Made by a program: the position numbers and the translations under genes. Below are positions 10,003-19,496 of a stretch of 64,000 nucleotides of DNA, piece after piece. Below the pieces are notes generated by a model. That model was not told where the DNA came from, made no database searches, and worked only from the letters and a program-made list of their open reading frames with translations. This DNA is from a virus. The DNA lies in the IMG/VR virus record IMGVR_UViG_3300006028_000010, positions 36,330-100,329 of that record; one strand, 5' to 3'. Numbering within the stretch: position 1 is the first letter of the stretch; every line of letters begins with the position of its first letter.

Positions 10003-10659
10003 TCAGTCCAATGTGAGCACGCACCATGGGTACGCTCGCCCGGTGCCAGCGGTTTGTTTAAGGATGAACGTGGCCCCCTGGTTGGACGACACCGGAACGG
10101 TTTCGATGATGGGGACACCGAGCGTGTTAGCGAATGTCTGATAATACTGGTCCCGCAGGGTGCCGGCCGCCAGTACGGGTGTTTGTACATGCAATTCCAG
10201 AATATCCCCGGATGCCATCGCCGCGAGGTCAACACGCAGCACCCGCGTTTTGTTGGTGCTGGGCGCCGCCAATGTGTGCGAGGTGCCGATTACTGCGGTT
10301 TGGGTGCCAGATGATTCGACCGCCGGGACGAGGCCCGTAGTAAGTATCGTCCACGGATATGCTTTGGCTGCGCCCGCGGTTTGTTTAAGGGTGACCGTCA
10401 AACCCTGGTTAGCGGTAACCGGGATGGTTTCAACGATCGGAACACCGGGCGCGTGGAAATAAGTCTGATATAACTGATCGCCCACTGCGCCAGCGGCGAG
10501 TACCGCTGACTTGAGGCGAACCTCAATCGTGTCACCGGCCACCATCGCACCGCGATCAATCCGCAGCAACCGGCACTGACTAGTGCTCGGCGTCGCCAGC
10601 GTATGCTCAGTACCTATGACTGTTGTTTGGGTGCTCGATGACTCGACGGTAAGGGTCAT
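10003..10659 (-). CDS. Virion accessory protein with two tandem homologous domains
   Basis: VESSxTQT...LRxDxxAMxxGD...LKQTAG...YPW occurs twice. Confidence 0.7.
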   Translation of the reverse strand: MTLTVESSSTQTTVIGTEHTLATPSTSQCRLLRIDRGAMVAGDTIEVRLKSAVLAAGAVGDQLYQTYFHAPGVPIVETIPVTANQGLTVTLKQTAGAAKAYPWTILTTGLVPAVESSGTQTAVIGTSHTLAAPSTNKTRVLRVDLAAMASGDILELHVQTPVLAAGTLRDQYYQTFANTLGVPIIETVPVSSNQGATFILKQTAGTGRAYPWCVLTLD

Positions 10660-11483
10660 CAGCCGAATCCCGTCAGCGTGATGTTAGGCCGCGAGGCGGT
10701 GGAAATCGACGTGCACTGGTAACGCGCCGCGAGGCTAATGCCCGCAGGAATGTCCACGGGGAATAGCAGCGGTCTCCCGCAGTTGATCTCTTCATTCACG
10801 GACACAGAAAACGGCAGGTCCGGGATGATGACCCCGGGGGTGGCGCCCGTTCCAATGTCCAACAAGCCATCCCCCGCGGTCGCCGTCGTGGTGGGCGGTG
10901 AGCTGATGCCTACCAGCATCCAGCGAGCGGGGGCGGTGGTCGTGGCGATGGCTGTCCACGCCGATTTGGTGTTGATCGCGGTGGGTGCGGCGATCGCGGT
11001 TCCGGTGCTGGATGCGGTGACCGCCCCGTAGGTCACCGCCCGGTGCGCGGCCTCGATGCCCTGCCCCCCACCGAAAAGGCGGATGGCGAACGTGTTTGCT
11101 TTGCTGGCAACCGCGGAACGGACTCGCATTACCACGCGGCTACCGATAGGGATGTACAGCGGGAATGACCAGGATGCGAACGCTACCGATCCGCCGAACG
11201 CGATATCTTGGCTGATGGCGACCTCAGCTCCGGATGCTCCCCGACCTAGGTCTAGTAGTGCCTGAGTGTTGCTGGCCGCTACCGCCCATCCGGTTTTTCC
11301 CATAAACAGCTCGACACCGAAGACCGGAAACGTGACCCCCGCGTGCAGCTGTATCCAGTTTCCTACCGCGTTAACCGTGGCTGAGGCTGTCACAGTCGTC
11401 ATAAGCGAAGTGGTCGGGACGTGTCCGCCCATGCCGTTGCATCCCGCATCGGACACAAACCAGGGCACTAGCTCGACCCCCAC
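10659..11483 (-). CDS. Putative tail accessory beta-protein
   Basis: Internal repeat (LLDxGxGA...; IPxGxxxxxR); coupled to neighbours. Confidence 0.65.
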   Translation of the reverse strand: MGVELVPWFVSDAGCNGMGGHVPTTSLMTTVTASATVNAVGNWIQLHAGVTFPVFGVELFMGKTGWAVAASNTQALLDLGRGASGAEVAISQDIAFGGSVAFASWSFPLYIPIGSRVVMRVRSAVASKANTFAIRLFGGGQGIEAAHRAVTYGAVTASSTGTAIAAPTAINTKSAWTAIATTTAPARWMLVGISSPPTTTATAGDGLLDIGTGATPGVIIPDLPFSVSVNEEINCGRPLLFPVDIPAGISLAARYQCTSISTASRPNITLTGFG

Positions 11484-11893
11484 CCGGCCTGCAAATCGAT
11501 GTCCTGAAAATCGAACCGGTAGCGGTACGGCCCGAGCATCTGCCCGATCCGAGCCTGCATCGCTTGACTATCGTTAGCGGAAAGTGAAGCCCATGCCGAG
11601 GTGAGTGTGGGGTCGGCAACCAGATCCACCACCCGGTCCACGAGAGTAGCGACAGGGGCGGCCACATAATTTCTCGCGGTGGTGTCCCAGATCAGTGAGG
11701 CGTCTGGTTCGTTACCTATTACTAAAACATCAGTACCGGACGGCAGAGGTAAATCCAGGGTGGTACCCAAAGAGAGCAGTTCACCCGTGGTCGTGTCATA
11801 GAGGGCGTACCAGAGGGTTTGCGGAACGGCAGTTATATTGTTGTAGGGGGTGATTTTTGCTTGGAGCGCGTAGCTGCGGCCTAAACGAGACAA
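11468..11893 (-). CDS. Hypothetical protein with N-terminal SRLGRS motif
   Basis: TTG start after a G-rich RBS; operon context. Confidence 0.6.
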   Translation of the reverse strand: MSRLGRSYALQAKITPYNNITAVPQTLWYALYDTTTGELLSLGTTLDLPLPSGTDVLVIGNEPDASLIWDTTARNYVAAPVATLVDRVVDLVADPTLTSAWASLSANDSQAMQARIGQMLGPYRYRFDFQDIDLQAGWGSS

Positions 11894-11950
11894 CTGAATC
11901 CCCCCCTGCACTGTTACTGTTGCGTGCGGTGGGCAACAGACCGTCCCCGA

Positions 11951-12451
11951 TCAACATTCTTGCCAGAGCACCCATGTGTAACAATTGACGGCGACTGGGG
12001 CGGTGACCCGCACCCTCAAGAACTTGCTGACCGGGACTTGTGGTTCGTTGTCCAGTGGCCACTGGTAGCTGTATTGGTTGGTGGGCGCGATGAATTGTAA
12101 ATCAAATTGCCGGGTGGCGGTGATGGTGCCTTCGGCGGTAGCGGTGTATCCGGTGGCTGTGGTGCCCAGTGTGACTAAAGATAGGGGAGCATTCGGGTCG
12201 TTGAACGCCTGCACCCCGGTGGAGGTGTGCGCGGTGACCGTGGCAGCCACGTCGGTTTGGAGTAGTTCACATCGGATGGGGGTAGCGGCGGCGCTGCCGT
12301 CGAAGCTGATGGACCATGCTTTGATGGTGAGCGGCCGGGTCGCTGGGGTGGCGATTTGCAGCATCGTTTTGATGGCGGAGCCGGTGGTGACCGGTGCGAA
12401 CGCGGCGGTCGTGGGCATGGGGCCATTGCCGGCCCAGTACAGATCAGGCAC
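11951..12451 (-). CDS. Tail accessory protein (paralog of 16935-17420)
   Basis: SISFDGSAAATPIRCELL...IAPT...YQWPL...WQE resembles SVTFNGTSATAVPVIVRVV...ISPT...YQIPL...WTE. Confidence 0.65.
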   Translation of the reverse strand: MPDLYWAGNGPMPTTAAFAPVTTGSAIKTMLQIATPATRPLTIKAWSISFDGSAAATPIRCELLQTDVAATVTAHTSTGVQAFNDPNAPLSLVTLGTTATGYTATAEGTITATRQFDLQFIAPTNQYSYQWPLDNEPQVPVSKFLRVRVTAPVAVNCYTWVLWQEC

Positions 12452-12510
12452 CTTAGTCTACCCCATTACCGATAGTAAGATCGTCGGACGGCCTCTTGGG
12501 CAAAGAGTGT

Positions 12511-13062
12511 TCATTCGCCTGGGTCGAGGCCGGCGATCGCGCTGAACACATTCGTCGGGACAGTGGAATTAACGGTGAAATTGAGGTTGGTGTCCGTTTC
12601 CATCTTCTGCACCGTGCCGGTCGCGCCACCAACACCGTTACCAGGCCAAGGGATTGAGAACGTGGTGGTGCTCAACACCGTCACGACCCACGTACCGTTG
12701 GCGTTGGTGTTCACCGCGTGGTTGAGGACCTCCACCACATCACCGGAGGTGTATCCGTGTACTGGCGTGGTGATCACGATGGGGTTAGCGTTGGTCGATG
12801 ACGTGATCGCAATTGGGGCGAACCACGACAGCGATAGCCCAGGGTCGGAGGCCACCGCCGCCACAAACGACGGTAGATACGAGTCCGGGTTAACGAGGAT
12901 CCGGTTAGCTAGTCGTCGACGCTTCCACCAAGCGTTGACGCTTAGTGTGCCTTGCGGTTCGGTGGATACGTTCATCGCGGCCTTGACCATCGCCGCTCGG
13001 ATCCGTGCCTGGAATGACGCGTCGTTCACGAGCTGCGCGCCTTGACCTAGCGTCAACGCCAT
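12511..13062 (-). CDS. Virion accessory protein with an FCCH-like beta insert
   Basis: ITSSTNANPIVITTPVHGYTSGDVV...NGTWVVTVLSTTTFSI motif common in tail proteins. Confidence 0.6.
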   Translation of the reverse strand: MALTLGQGAQLVNDASFQARIRAAMVKAAMNVSTEPQGTLSVNAWWKRRRLANRILVNPDSYLPSFVAAVASDPGLSLSWFAPIAITSSTNANPIVITTPVHGYTSGDVVEVLNHAVNTNANGTWVVTVLSTTTFSIPWPGNGVGGATGTVQKMETDTNLNFTVNSTVPTNVFSAIAGLDPGE

Positions 13063-13088
13063 CGAGAACTCTCCTCATGCGGGCTCGA

Positions 13089-13754
13089 TTACCAGTAATA
13101 GGACCGTCGCACAGCCTCCTGAACCAACACCCTCGGAGGAGGTGGCGGAGGTACAGGCGGAACAGCGAACGTCACCGCGAACCAAGTGCCAGACCCCCCA
13201 CCGAACGCGCCGGGGTTTTCGCTTGCGGCGTTGAGCTGGCGCGTTCCTACAGCCACACTTAGACCAAGCCCGTTCAGGGGATTAACAAGCCCGGCATAGT
13301 TCGTTGGGAGAGTCGCGGCGGTTGACCCCGCATACGATTCAGCGGCTATCCATAACGTGTCGAGTTGGCCGTAGCTCGGCGTGTACGAGGGTGGGTCACC
13401 ACTACCTGTACCACTAGTCGCGAAAGTACCGATCTGTGGTGCAGTGACAGCCGATGCGGTAGTAATCCGGAGCATCACCCAAGCCCACGAAACGGTAGTA
13501 GCCGCAGTTAATGACGGTGGCGAATCACCAGTCTGATAATACCGGTACCCAGACTCCAACTTATTGGCGGTGCCACCGTTGTTGTTGAGCTGTGTCCAAC
13601 CGGTCCAGCCTGTCGTTTGCCCAGCAGAAGTACCCGCAGCGGCAATCAACAGCAACAAATCGCCTTGGGTTACACCTGTGGGAAAAGTTATAGTGGTTAT
13701 CGTTGCTGCGGTCGCTATACCGTTAGAGCTTGTGGCAACAGACGGAAACGCCAT
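13089..13754 (-). CDS. Single-domain copy of the 17437-18699 beta-domain
   Basis: Near-identical protein and DNA to the C-terminal half of 17437-18699. Confidence 0.75.
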   Translation of the reverse strand: MAFPSVATSSNGIATAATITTITFPTGVTQGDLLLLIAAAGTSAGQTTGWTGWTQLNNNGGTANKLESGYRYYQTGDSPPSLTAATTVSWAWVMLRITTASAVTAPQIGTFATSGTGSGDPPSYTPSYGQLDTLWIAAESYAGSTAATLPTNYAGLVNPLNGLGLSVAVGTRQLNAASENPGAFGGGSGTWFAVTFAVPPVPPPPPPRVLVQEAVRRSYYW

Positions 13755-13861
13755 CTACATCACGCTTTGATTAAAGCTGGAAAAACCCATCGGTGATGAG
13801 GCGTCTTCAGGAATAGGCATGGGCCTCCTTTGGGTACCTCTGAAACGAGGGCGCCTCGCGT

Positions 13862-16852
13862 TTAGTGAGCAATAAATGCGGGTGGGGTTAGTGTGGCGGT
13901 GGGTGCTCTGAGTGTCGCGAATTGTGGTCGGCTGGTGGCGTTGGGGATGAGCGCGGCGCTGGTGGCGTGTGGTGGCCACGGCGCGGGGTACAGCCAACGG
14001 GTGGTGTCCGCTGCGGCGGCGGTGTCCGCGGTGGTGGCGGTGATCAGGACCTGGGTGATCGCGGTAGCGGCGTCGGTGGTGGGCGCGGGGTCGCCAAGGA
14101 GTCGGGTGATGCGACGGCCGGTGACGGTGGTGGTGTCGGTGACCGCCGCGGTGTCCGTAGCGGTTCGGGTCTTGACTGGCGCCCCGACGGGGGTGTCGGC
14201 TGCGGGTGCGGTGTCCAGCGCCAGGGACCGGAGCTGGGTCAGCGCCTGGGTTTCCGCGTCTAGGGCGAGAGCTGTGCCGGTGACCGGTCGGGCTGTGCTA
14301 ACCCGGCGGGTCAACGCGTCGGCGGCGGGTGCGGTGTCGGTGGTCGCCCGGGGTTGGGCCGCTGCCCTAGTGACGACCCCGGTTGCTGGTGCGGTGTCGG
14401 TGGGGGCGCTGGACTGGGTGCCCGCGGTTGCGGGCGTGTCCACCGCGGTCGCGGTGTCCCCTCGGTTGCGGGTCAGGGTCAGCCCGCCGCGGAGTGCGGC
14501 GTCCGCGGCGGGCGCTGTGTCGGTCGTGACCGCAGACGCGCCCCGAACTGGGGTGGTCGTGTCGTTGACGGTGGCGGCGTCGGTTGCGGTGCGGGTGAAT
14601 AGCTGAGCTGTTCGGGTGGTGAGGGCGGTGGCGGTGGCGGGGTCTGGGGTGCTGCGGACGCTGGTCGTGGCCCGGGTGGTGGTGTCGGTCCCGGCGGCAG
14701 CGTCGGTTGCGGCGCTGATCCGCGTCGTGGCTCGGGTGGCGGCGTCGCCGGCAGTAGCGGTGTCCGCGGTGGCCCGGGGCGTGGTGGCCAGGACCCGGGT
14801 GGTGGTGTCCGCTGCGGTCGCCGTATCGGTGGGCGCGGCACTCGCGACGTGACCTGAAGAAGCAGCGTCCCCCGCCGTCGCGACGTCGCCCGTGCTGCGC
14901 CCTAGGGCCACCGTGGCGCGCTGGGTTACGTCGGCGGGTAGGGCAGTGTCGGTGGCTGCCCGCGTCGCAGTGCGGGCTCGCGTGGGCAGGTCAGTGACGG
15001 TGGTTGCGTCCGCCGCGGCCCGGGTCCGGGTGGTGCCACCACGGGTGGCGGTGTCCGATGCGGTGGCAGCGTCCGCGGTGCCCCTGGCCCCCGCACCCGC
15101 GGCCCGACTCGTGGCGTCGAATGCCCCCGCGGTGTTGTCGGTAACCAGTCGGGTCTCGATCGGCGAGCGGGTTGCGGCGTCGGTGGCGGGTGCGGGGTCG
15201 CCACCGATCCGCGTGGAGGTTCTACCCCGAACAGCTACGTCAACAGCGGAAGACGACGCGTCGGTAACCACCCGGAGCTGCGCCGACACCCGGCTACCCG
15301 CATCGGTAACCGGTGCGAGATCACCGACCGCGCGGGCGCGGACCGATATCGGGCCGGCCACGTCGGCGCTGTGCGCGGTGTCGCTGATCGGCCGTGCCGC
15401 GATACCAGTACGAGAAGCTGCATCAGCGGCCGGTGCGATGTCGGCAGCGGCGCGGGGGTTTGTTTCAGCACCCCGAATGGCGGTGTCAGTAGCGGGCGCG
15501 GTGTCCGCGGTGGCGGTGCGCGTGGCGTGCCCAACGCTCACCGCATCAGCTGCGGTCGCGGTGTCTGTGCCGCCGCGGCCCAACCCGAGAGCGCTCCGTC
15601 CGGTACTGTCCGACGCCGACGCAAGGTTGGTACCGGCGCGACTGAAGGCGCTAACACCGCGGGCGGACACCTCGCCGGCGTTGGCGGTGTCGCTGGCCGC
15701 ACCCGTAAGGCTTTGACCTGCGCGAACGGCCGCATCGGTCGCAGCAGCGGTGTCCGTAACGGCGCCGCGGGTGAGAACCAACCCGGCCCGGGTGACGGCA
15801 TCCGCCACCGGGGCGGAATCAACGAGGCCGCGGGTTTTCCCGCTCGCGTCGCGAACAACCGCATCGGCTGCTGCGCTGGTGTCAACTGTTGACCGCGCCA
15901 GTAACAGCGTCGCCCTGACCGGGGTGTCCGCGGCGGGTGCGGAATCCGCGGTGCTACGGGTGATGCTTTGCGCTGACCGCGCGACACCATCAGACGCGGA
16001 CGCTAGATCACCAACGGTTCGCGCTTTGGTTAACGCGCTGCCCGTGGCAACGTCGCTAGCCGAGCTCGTGTCACCTAATGCCCGGGCGAACAGCTGAGAT
16101 GGGCGGGTAACAATGTCCGCGGCGGGGCTAGCGTCCGCTCTAGCCCGAGCCGTGGTGATAGTTCGGGCGCAGCTATCACTAGCGCTGGCCGAGTCGCCCA
16201 GCGTGCGTGACCAAGCCGCTGCGCCACGAGAAGTGCTATCAGTGGCCGCTGCCGCGTCGGCGGCGCCGCGAATGAACACCTGGCCAGCGCGCGAGCTTAC
16301 GTCCGTGGCGGCAGCAGCGTCGGCGACGGCCCGGGAATGGGGCGCCGTCCGGCTGGTGCCATCGACCGCGGGGGACGTGTCGGTGGCACCACGAACCCAC
16401 GCCGACCCGGATTTGGCCGCCGCGTCCGCGGCTGACGAGGTGTCCGTGGTGGCCCGCGACTGCACAGCAGCACGGGTCACGGAATCCGTGGCGCCGCCGC
16501 CGGAATCAGAAACAGCGCGTGTTTTCAGCGCCGCGCTGCTTACTGTCGCGTCCACTATGGGAGCCGTGTCCGCGGCGGCGCGGATCAGGGCTTGCGCGGT
16601 TTTCGACGAGGTGTCCGTGGCCGCAGCGGTGTCGGCGGCCACCCGGGTTTTGATTGCTGCGCTGGTGGTGACCGCATCGACCGCGCCCGCGGTGTCCACG
16701 GCGCCCCGGGTGGGGACAAAAGCGGCCCGAGGGGCCGCGTCAGTCGCCGCAGCGGTGTCCGCCGCAGCGCGCGTTAAAGCAGCCGACCCCGCCCCGGGAA
16801 TCGGCCGAATCCAGCGAACCCGATCGGGGAAACCGCGCCCAAGCCTGGCCAT
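13862..16852 (-). CDS. 996-aa Ala/Thr/Asp/Arg repeat protein, putative fibre/appendage
   Basis: MARLGRG N-terminus, dozens of ~20-aa RxxxDxAxAxD repeats, C-terminal PWPP motif. Confidence 0.7.
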   Translation of the reverse strand: MARLGRGFPDRVRWIRPIPGAGSAALTRAAADTAAATDAAPRAAFVPTRGAVDTAGAVDAVTTSAAIKTRVAADTAAATDTSSKTAQALIRAAADTAPIVDATVSSAALKTRAVSDSGGGATDSVTRAAVQSRATTDTSSAADAAAKSGSAWVRGATDTSPAVDGTSRTAPHSRAVADAAAATDVSSRAGQVFIRGAADAAAATDSTSRGAAAWSRTLGDSASASDSCARTITTARARADASPAADIVTRPSQLFARALGDTSSASDVATGSALTKARTVGDLASASDGVARSAQSITRSTADSAPAADTPVRATLLLARSTVDTSAAADAVVRDASGKTRGLVDSAPVADAVTRAGLVLTRGAVTDTAAATDAAVRAGQSLTGAASDTANAGEVSARGVSAFSRAGTNLASASDSTGRSALGLGRGGTDTATAADAVSVGHATRTATADTAPATDTAIRGAETNPRAAADIAPAADAASRTGIAARPISDTAHSADVAGPISVRARAVGDLAPVTDAGSRVSAQLRVVTDASSSAVDVAVRGRTSTRIGGDPAPATDAATRSPIETRLVTDNTAGAFDATSRAAGAGARGTADAATASDTATRGGTTRTRAAADATTVTDLPTRARTATRAATDTALPADVTQRATVALGRSTGDVATAGDAASSGHVASAAPTDTATAADTTTRVLATTPRATADTATAGDAATRATTRISAATDAAAGTDTTTRATTSVRSTPDPATATALTTRTAQLFTRTATDAATVNDTTTPVRGASAVTTDTAPAADAALRGGLTLTRNRGDTATAVDTPATAGTQSSAPTDTAPATGVVTRAAAQPRATTDTAPAADALTRRVSTARPVTGTALALDAETQALTQLRSLALDTAPAADTPVGAPVKTRTATDTAAVTDTTTVTGRRITRLLGDPAPTTDAATAITQVLITATTADTAAAADTTRWLYPAPWPPHATSAALIPNATSRPQFATLRAPTATLTPPAFIAH

Positions 16853-16934
16853 CGCGACAGCCCCCCACCGAGCGGCTCAATACGTTATTGCCCGGCGGGG
16901 GATGCCCTCAAGAAACGGGCCGCTACAGAATGGG

Positions 16935-17420
16935 CTATTCAGTCCACGCGAGGCAGGCTGTGCACGCCACTATAGCCGGGGCCACGCATTGAATACCGAT
17001 ACCGCTGCCAGCCACCGCGGGGGTCACCACCTCTAAACCGAGGGGTATTTGGTAAACCATTCCCGAGGTGGGGGAGATGTACCAGCTGCGAAGCATGACA
17101 CCCACGGTGGGTGCTGTTGTTGCATACACCCCCGGGCTTGCCGTGGTGGGCATATACGCGGTGCATAAACTGGCCGGGGAGTTGGTGTCGGTCGGCGTTG
17201 GCGCCTGGGTGATCGTGCCGCCCCCCACCGGAACCACCGTGGTCCGCACCACCCGAACAATTACCGGTACCGCCGTCGCGCTGGTGCCGTTGAACGTCAC
17301 CGACAGCTCATTCAGGCCCATGCGCCGGGTGGTGCCAGTGGGGGTAACATCCAGCACCACCAAGGCAGTCGCCGCGCCCAGGTTAATACCTTCCGATATG
17401 GCAACATACTGGTCGGCCAC
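16935..17420 (-). CDS. Tail accessory protein (paralog of 11951-12451)
   Basis: Shared motifs; GAGGG RBS. Confidence 0.65.
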   Translation of the reverse strand: MADQYVAISEGINLGAATALVVLDVTPTGTTRRMGLNELSVTFNGTSATAVPVIVRVVRTTVVPVGGGTITQAPTPTDTNSPASLCTAYMPTTASPGVYATTAPTVGVMLRSWYISPTSGMVYQIPLGLEVVTPAVAGSGIGIQCVAPAIVACTACLAWTE

Positions 17421-17436
17421 AGCACCCTCTTATTCG

Positions 17437-18699
17437 CTAAAAGTTCGCGGCGCGTGCCACGGCCTGGGAGACAATCCGAAGTCTGATGGGAACACCACCT
17501 GACACCGGGGGTACGGCGAACGTCACCGCGAACCAGGTGCCAGAACCCCCACCGAACGCGCCGGGGTTTTCGCTCGCGGCATTGAGTTGGCGGGTTGCTA
17601 TAGCCACGCTTAGACCAAGCCCGTTTATGGGATTAACAAGCCCGGCATAGCTCGTTGGGACGGTAGCCGCGGTTGACCCCGCATACGACTCCGCCGCTAT
17701 CCATAGCGTGTCAAGCTGACCGTAACCCGGCGTATACGACGGTGGGTCACCACTACCTGTACCACTAGTCGCGAAAGTACCAATCTGCGGCGCCGTGGAG
17801 GCCGATGCGGCAGTGATCCGAAGCATTAACCAAGCCCAAGAGACAGTAGTGGCCGCGGTTAACGTCGGAGCGGTATCACCGGTTTGGTAATACCGGTACC
17901 CGGATTCCAGTTTGTTAGCAGTACCACCATTGTTGTTCAGCTGAGTCCAACCGGTCCAGCCTGTCGTTTGCCCAGCAGAAGTACCCGCGGCGGCGATTAA
18001 CAGTAATAGATCCCCCTGCGTTACACCCGCAGGGAAGGTGGTGGTTACTGATGCCGCGGTTGTTGTGCTATTAGAGTTACTAGCAACGGTCGGAAACGCC
18101 CCGGGTGGGACGGCTATCGTTGCGGCATACCAGGTGCCACTGAAACCGGCAAAAGCGCCGGGGTCTTCCGTGGCGGTCGTGAGTTGCCGCGTTCCTATCC
18201 CCACGGTCGGCCCGACCGCCGCGGAAGACTGGACCAATCCCGTGTAGTTGGCGGGCGCGGCACTCGGAATCGCGTTACCGGTAGCTGACGCTATGGCTAT
18301 CCATAACGTGGCGGCGCTTCCGTAGCTCGCGGTATACGACGGCGGGTCAGGCTGACCGCTCGCGGAGGTCGAGAATGTGCCCACCTCGGGCGCGGCGGTA
18401 GCACTTCCTCCGGTGATTCGTAGCATTAGCCACGCCCACCCCGTGGACGGTCCACCAATGGTTGGTGCGGTATCCCCGGCCTGATACCGGCGATAAGCAA
18501 TCTCCGCTTTTCCACCGAGCGTGGTGTTCACGAGCTTGGTCCATCCGGTCCACCCGGTGGTGGTTCCCGGTGCCGCACCCGTCGCGATCACTAGGAGCAG
18601 TAAATCCCCAGCGGTGACACCCGTGGGAAATGTTGTCACCGCTGAGGTACCGGAGGTGACCGTGTTACTTGAACTGGTGGCAACAGTGGCGAAACTCAC
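17437..18699 (-). CDS. Tandem two-domain beta-protein, putative adhesin
   Basis: FPxGVTxGDLLLL...GWTGWT...DPPSYT...LWIA...ExPGAF occurs twice. Confidence 0.72.
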   Translation of the reverse strand: MSFATVATSSSNTVTSGTSAVTTFPTGVTAGDLLLLVIATGAAPGTTTGWTGWTKLVNTTLGGKAEIAYRRYQAGDTAPTIGGPSTGWAWLMLRITGGSATAAPEVGTFSTSASGQPDPPSYTASYGSAATLWIAIASATGNAIPSAAPANYTGLVQSSAAVGPTVGIGTRQLTTATEDPGAFAGFSGTWYAATIAVPPGAFPTVASNSNSTTTAASVTTTFPAGVTQGDLLLLIAAAGTSAGQTTGWTGWTQLNNNGGTANKLESGYRYYQTGDTAPTLTAATTVSWAWLMLRITAASASTAPQIGTFATSGTGSGDPPSYTPGYGQLDTLWIAAESYAGSTAATVPTSYAGLVNPINGLGLSVAIATRQLNAASENPGAFGGGSGTWFAVTFAVPPVSGGVPIRLRIVSQAVARAANF

Positions 18700-18708
18700 A
18701 CGCCGTCC

Positions 18709-19359
18709 TTACATACTGACTGTTTCAGTAACGGTCAAAGCGTCGCCGGTGGCCGTCAACGTGGCGGTGGGTGAAATAAGCGTCAAAAACTGCGGACGAC
18801 CAGTCGCGCCGGACAGGGTATTAAAAATACCCATCTTTCCAATAGTGCGCGCCCCAAAAGTCTGGTCAGTACCCGTGTACGTAAAAGTCGCCGCCAGCGA
18901 ATAAGAGGCCACCGTGGTGGTGTGCGCGTAGGTGGCGAGTTTCCGTAAACAACCCGAGCTGGCCGCAGTAATTTCCGAAGTAAGGGTCGAGTCCGTGGCC
19001 AAGACGGTGGCCGTGTCAGTGCTGATCGCCATATACCAGTAGGGCGCCTGGCCAGGCACAATCATGAACACGGTGGTCGCGGTCGGCGTTGTCGCCGGGC
19101 CGGAACCGGGGGTGCCCAACGCATACCACTGATCCACCGTCAACTGAGACGTAGTATTCGCTGTGATAACCCCGTACGCCGCTGCTGCGGAAACGGTGAC
19201 CACAATGTGCCCAATGTAGGCACTGGCCACGAACGGTGTGCCGGTGGCTGTTAATGTGGTGGCCGTGCTGGCGGTGGCTGTGCCAGTATACCCAGCAAGA
19301 TCACCACCCATCGAGGCGGCTTGGGCGTCAGTCCCGCTATTGATCCGGATCTTGAACAC
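18709..19359 (-). CDS. Tail accessory/fibre base protein
   Basis: Thr-rich beta protein ending GDALTVTETVSM. Confidence 0.6.
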   Translation of the reverse strand: MFKIRINSGTDAQAASMGGDLAGYTGTATASTATTLTATGTPFVASAYIGHIVVTVSAAAAYGVITANTTSQLTVDQWYALGTPGSGPATTPTATTVFMIVPGQAPYWYMAISTDTATVLATDSTLTSEITAASSGCLRKLATYAHTTTVASYSLAATFTYTGTDQTFGARTIGKMGIFNTLSGATGRPQFLTLISPTATLTATGDALTVTETVSM

Positions 19360-19379
19360 CTTCTTCTATTTAGGGCACG

Positions 19380-19411
19380 AAAAAGCCCCGGACGATGATC
19401 CAATCCTGGGC
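19380..19411 (-). terminator. Intrinsic terminator inside the tail accessory region
   Basis: Minus strand GCCCAGGA...TCCGGGGC followed by TTTTT. Confidence 0.5.
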
Positions 19412-19496
19412 GGTTCGCGCGGGAGTGACTTAAAGCCACCCAACGTTTAGGGTGGGTCGGAGGCAGCGACTAGGTAGCCAATTGCTGCCATAAGCC

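Noticed and set aside
7562-17036. Long plus-strand ORFs opposite the repeat proteins
   Set aside because: They are antisense shadows of GC-rich Ala/Thr codons with no recognisable domains.
13089-18699. Diversity-generating retroelement template/variable repeat pair
   Set aside because: No reverse transcriptase is in the window, both copies are coding, and the differences are not adenine-specific.
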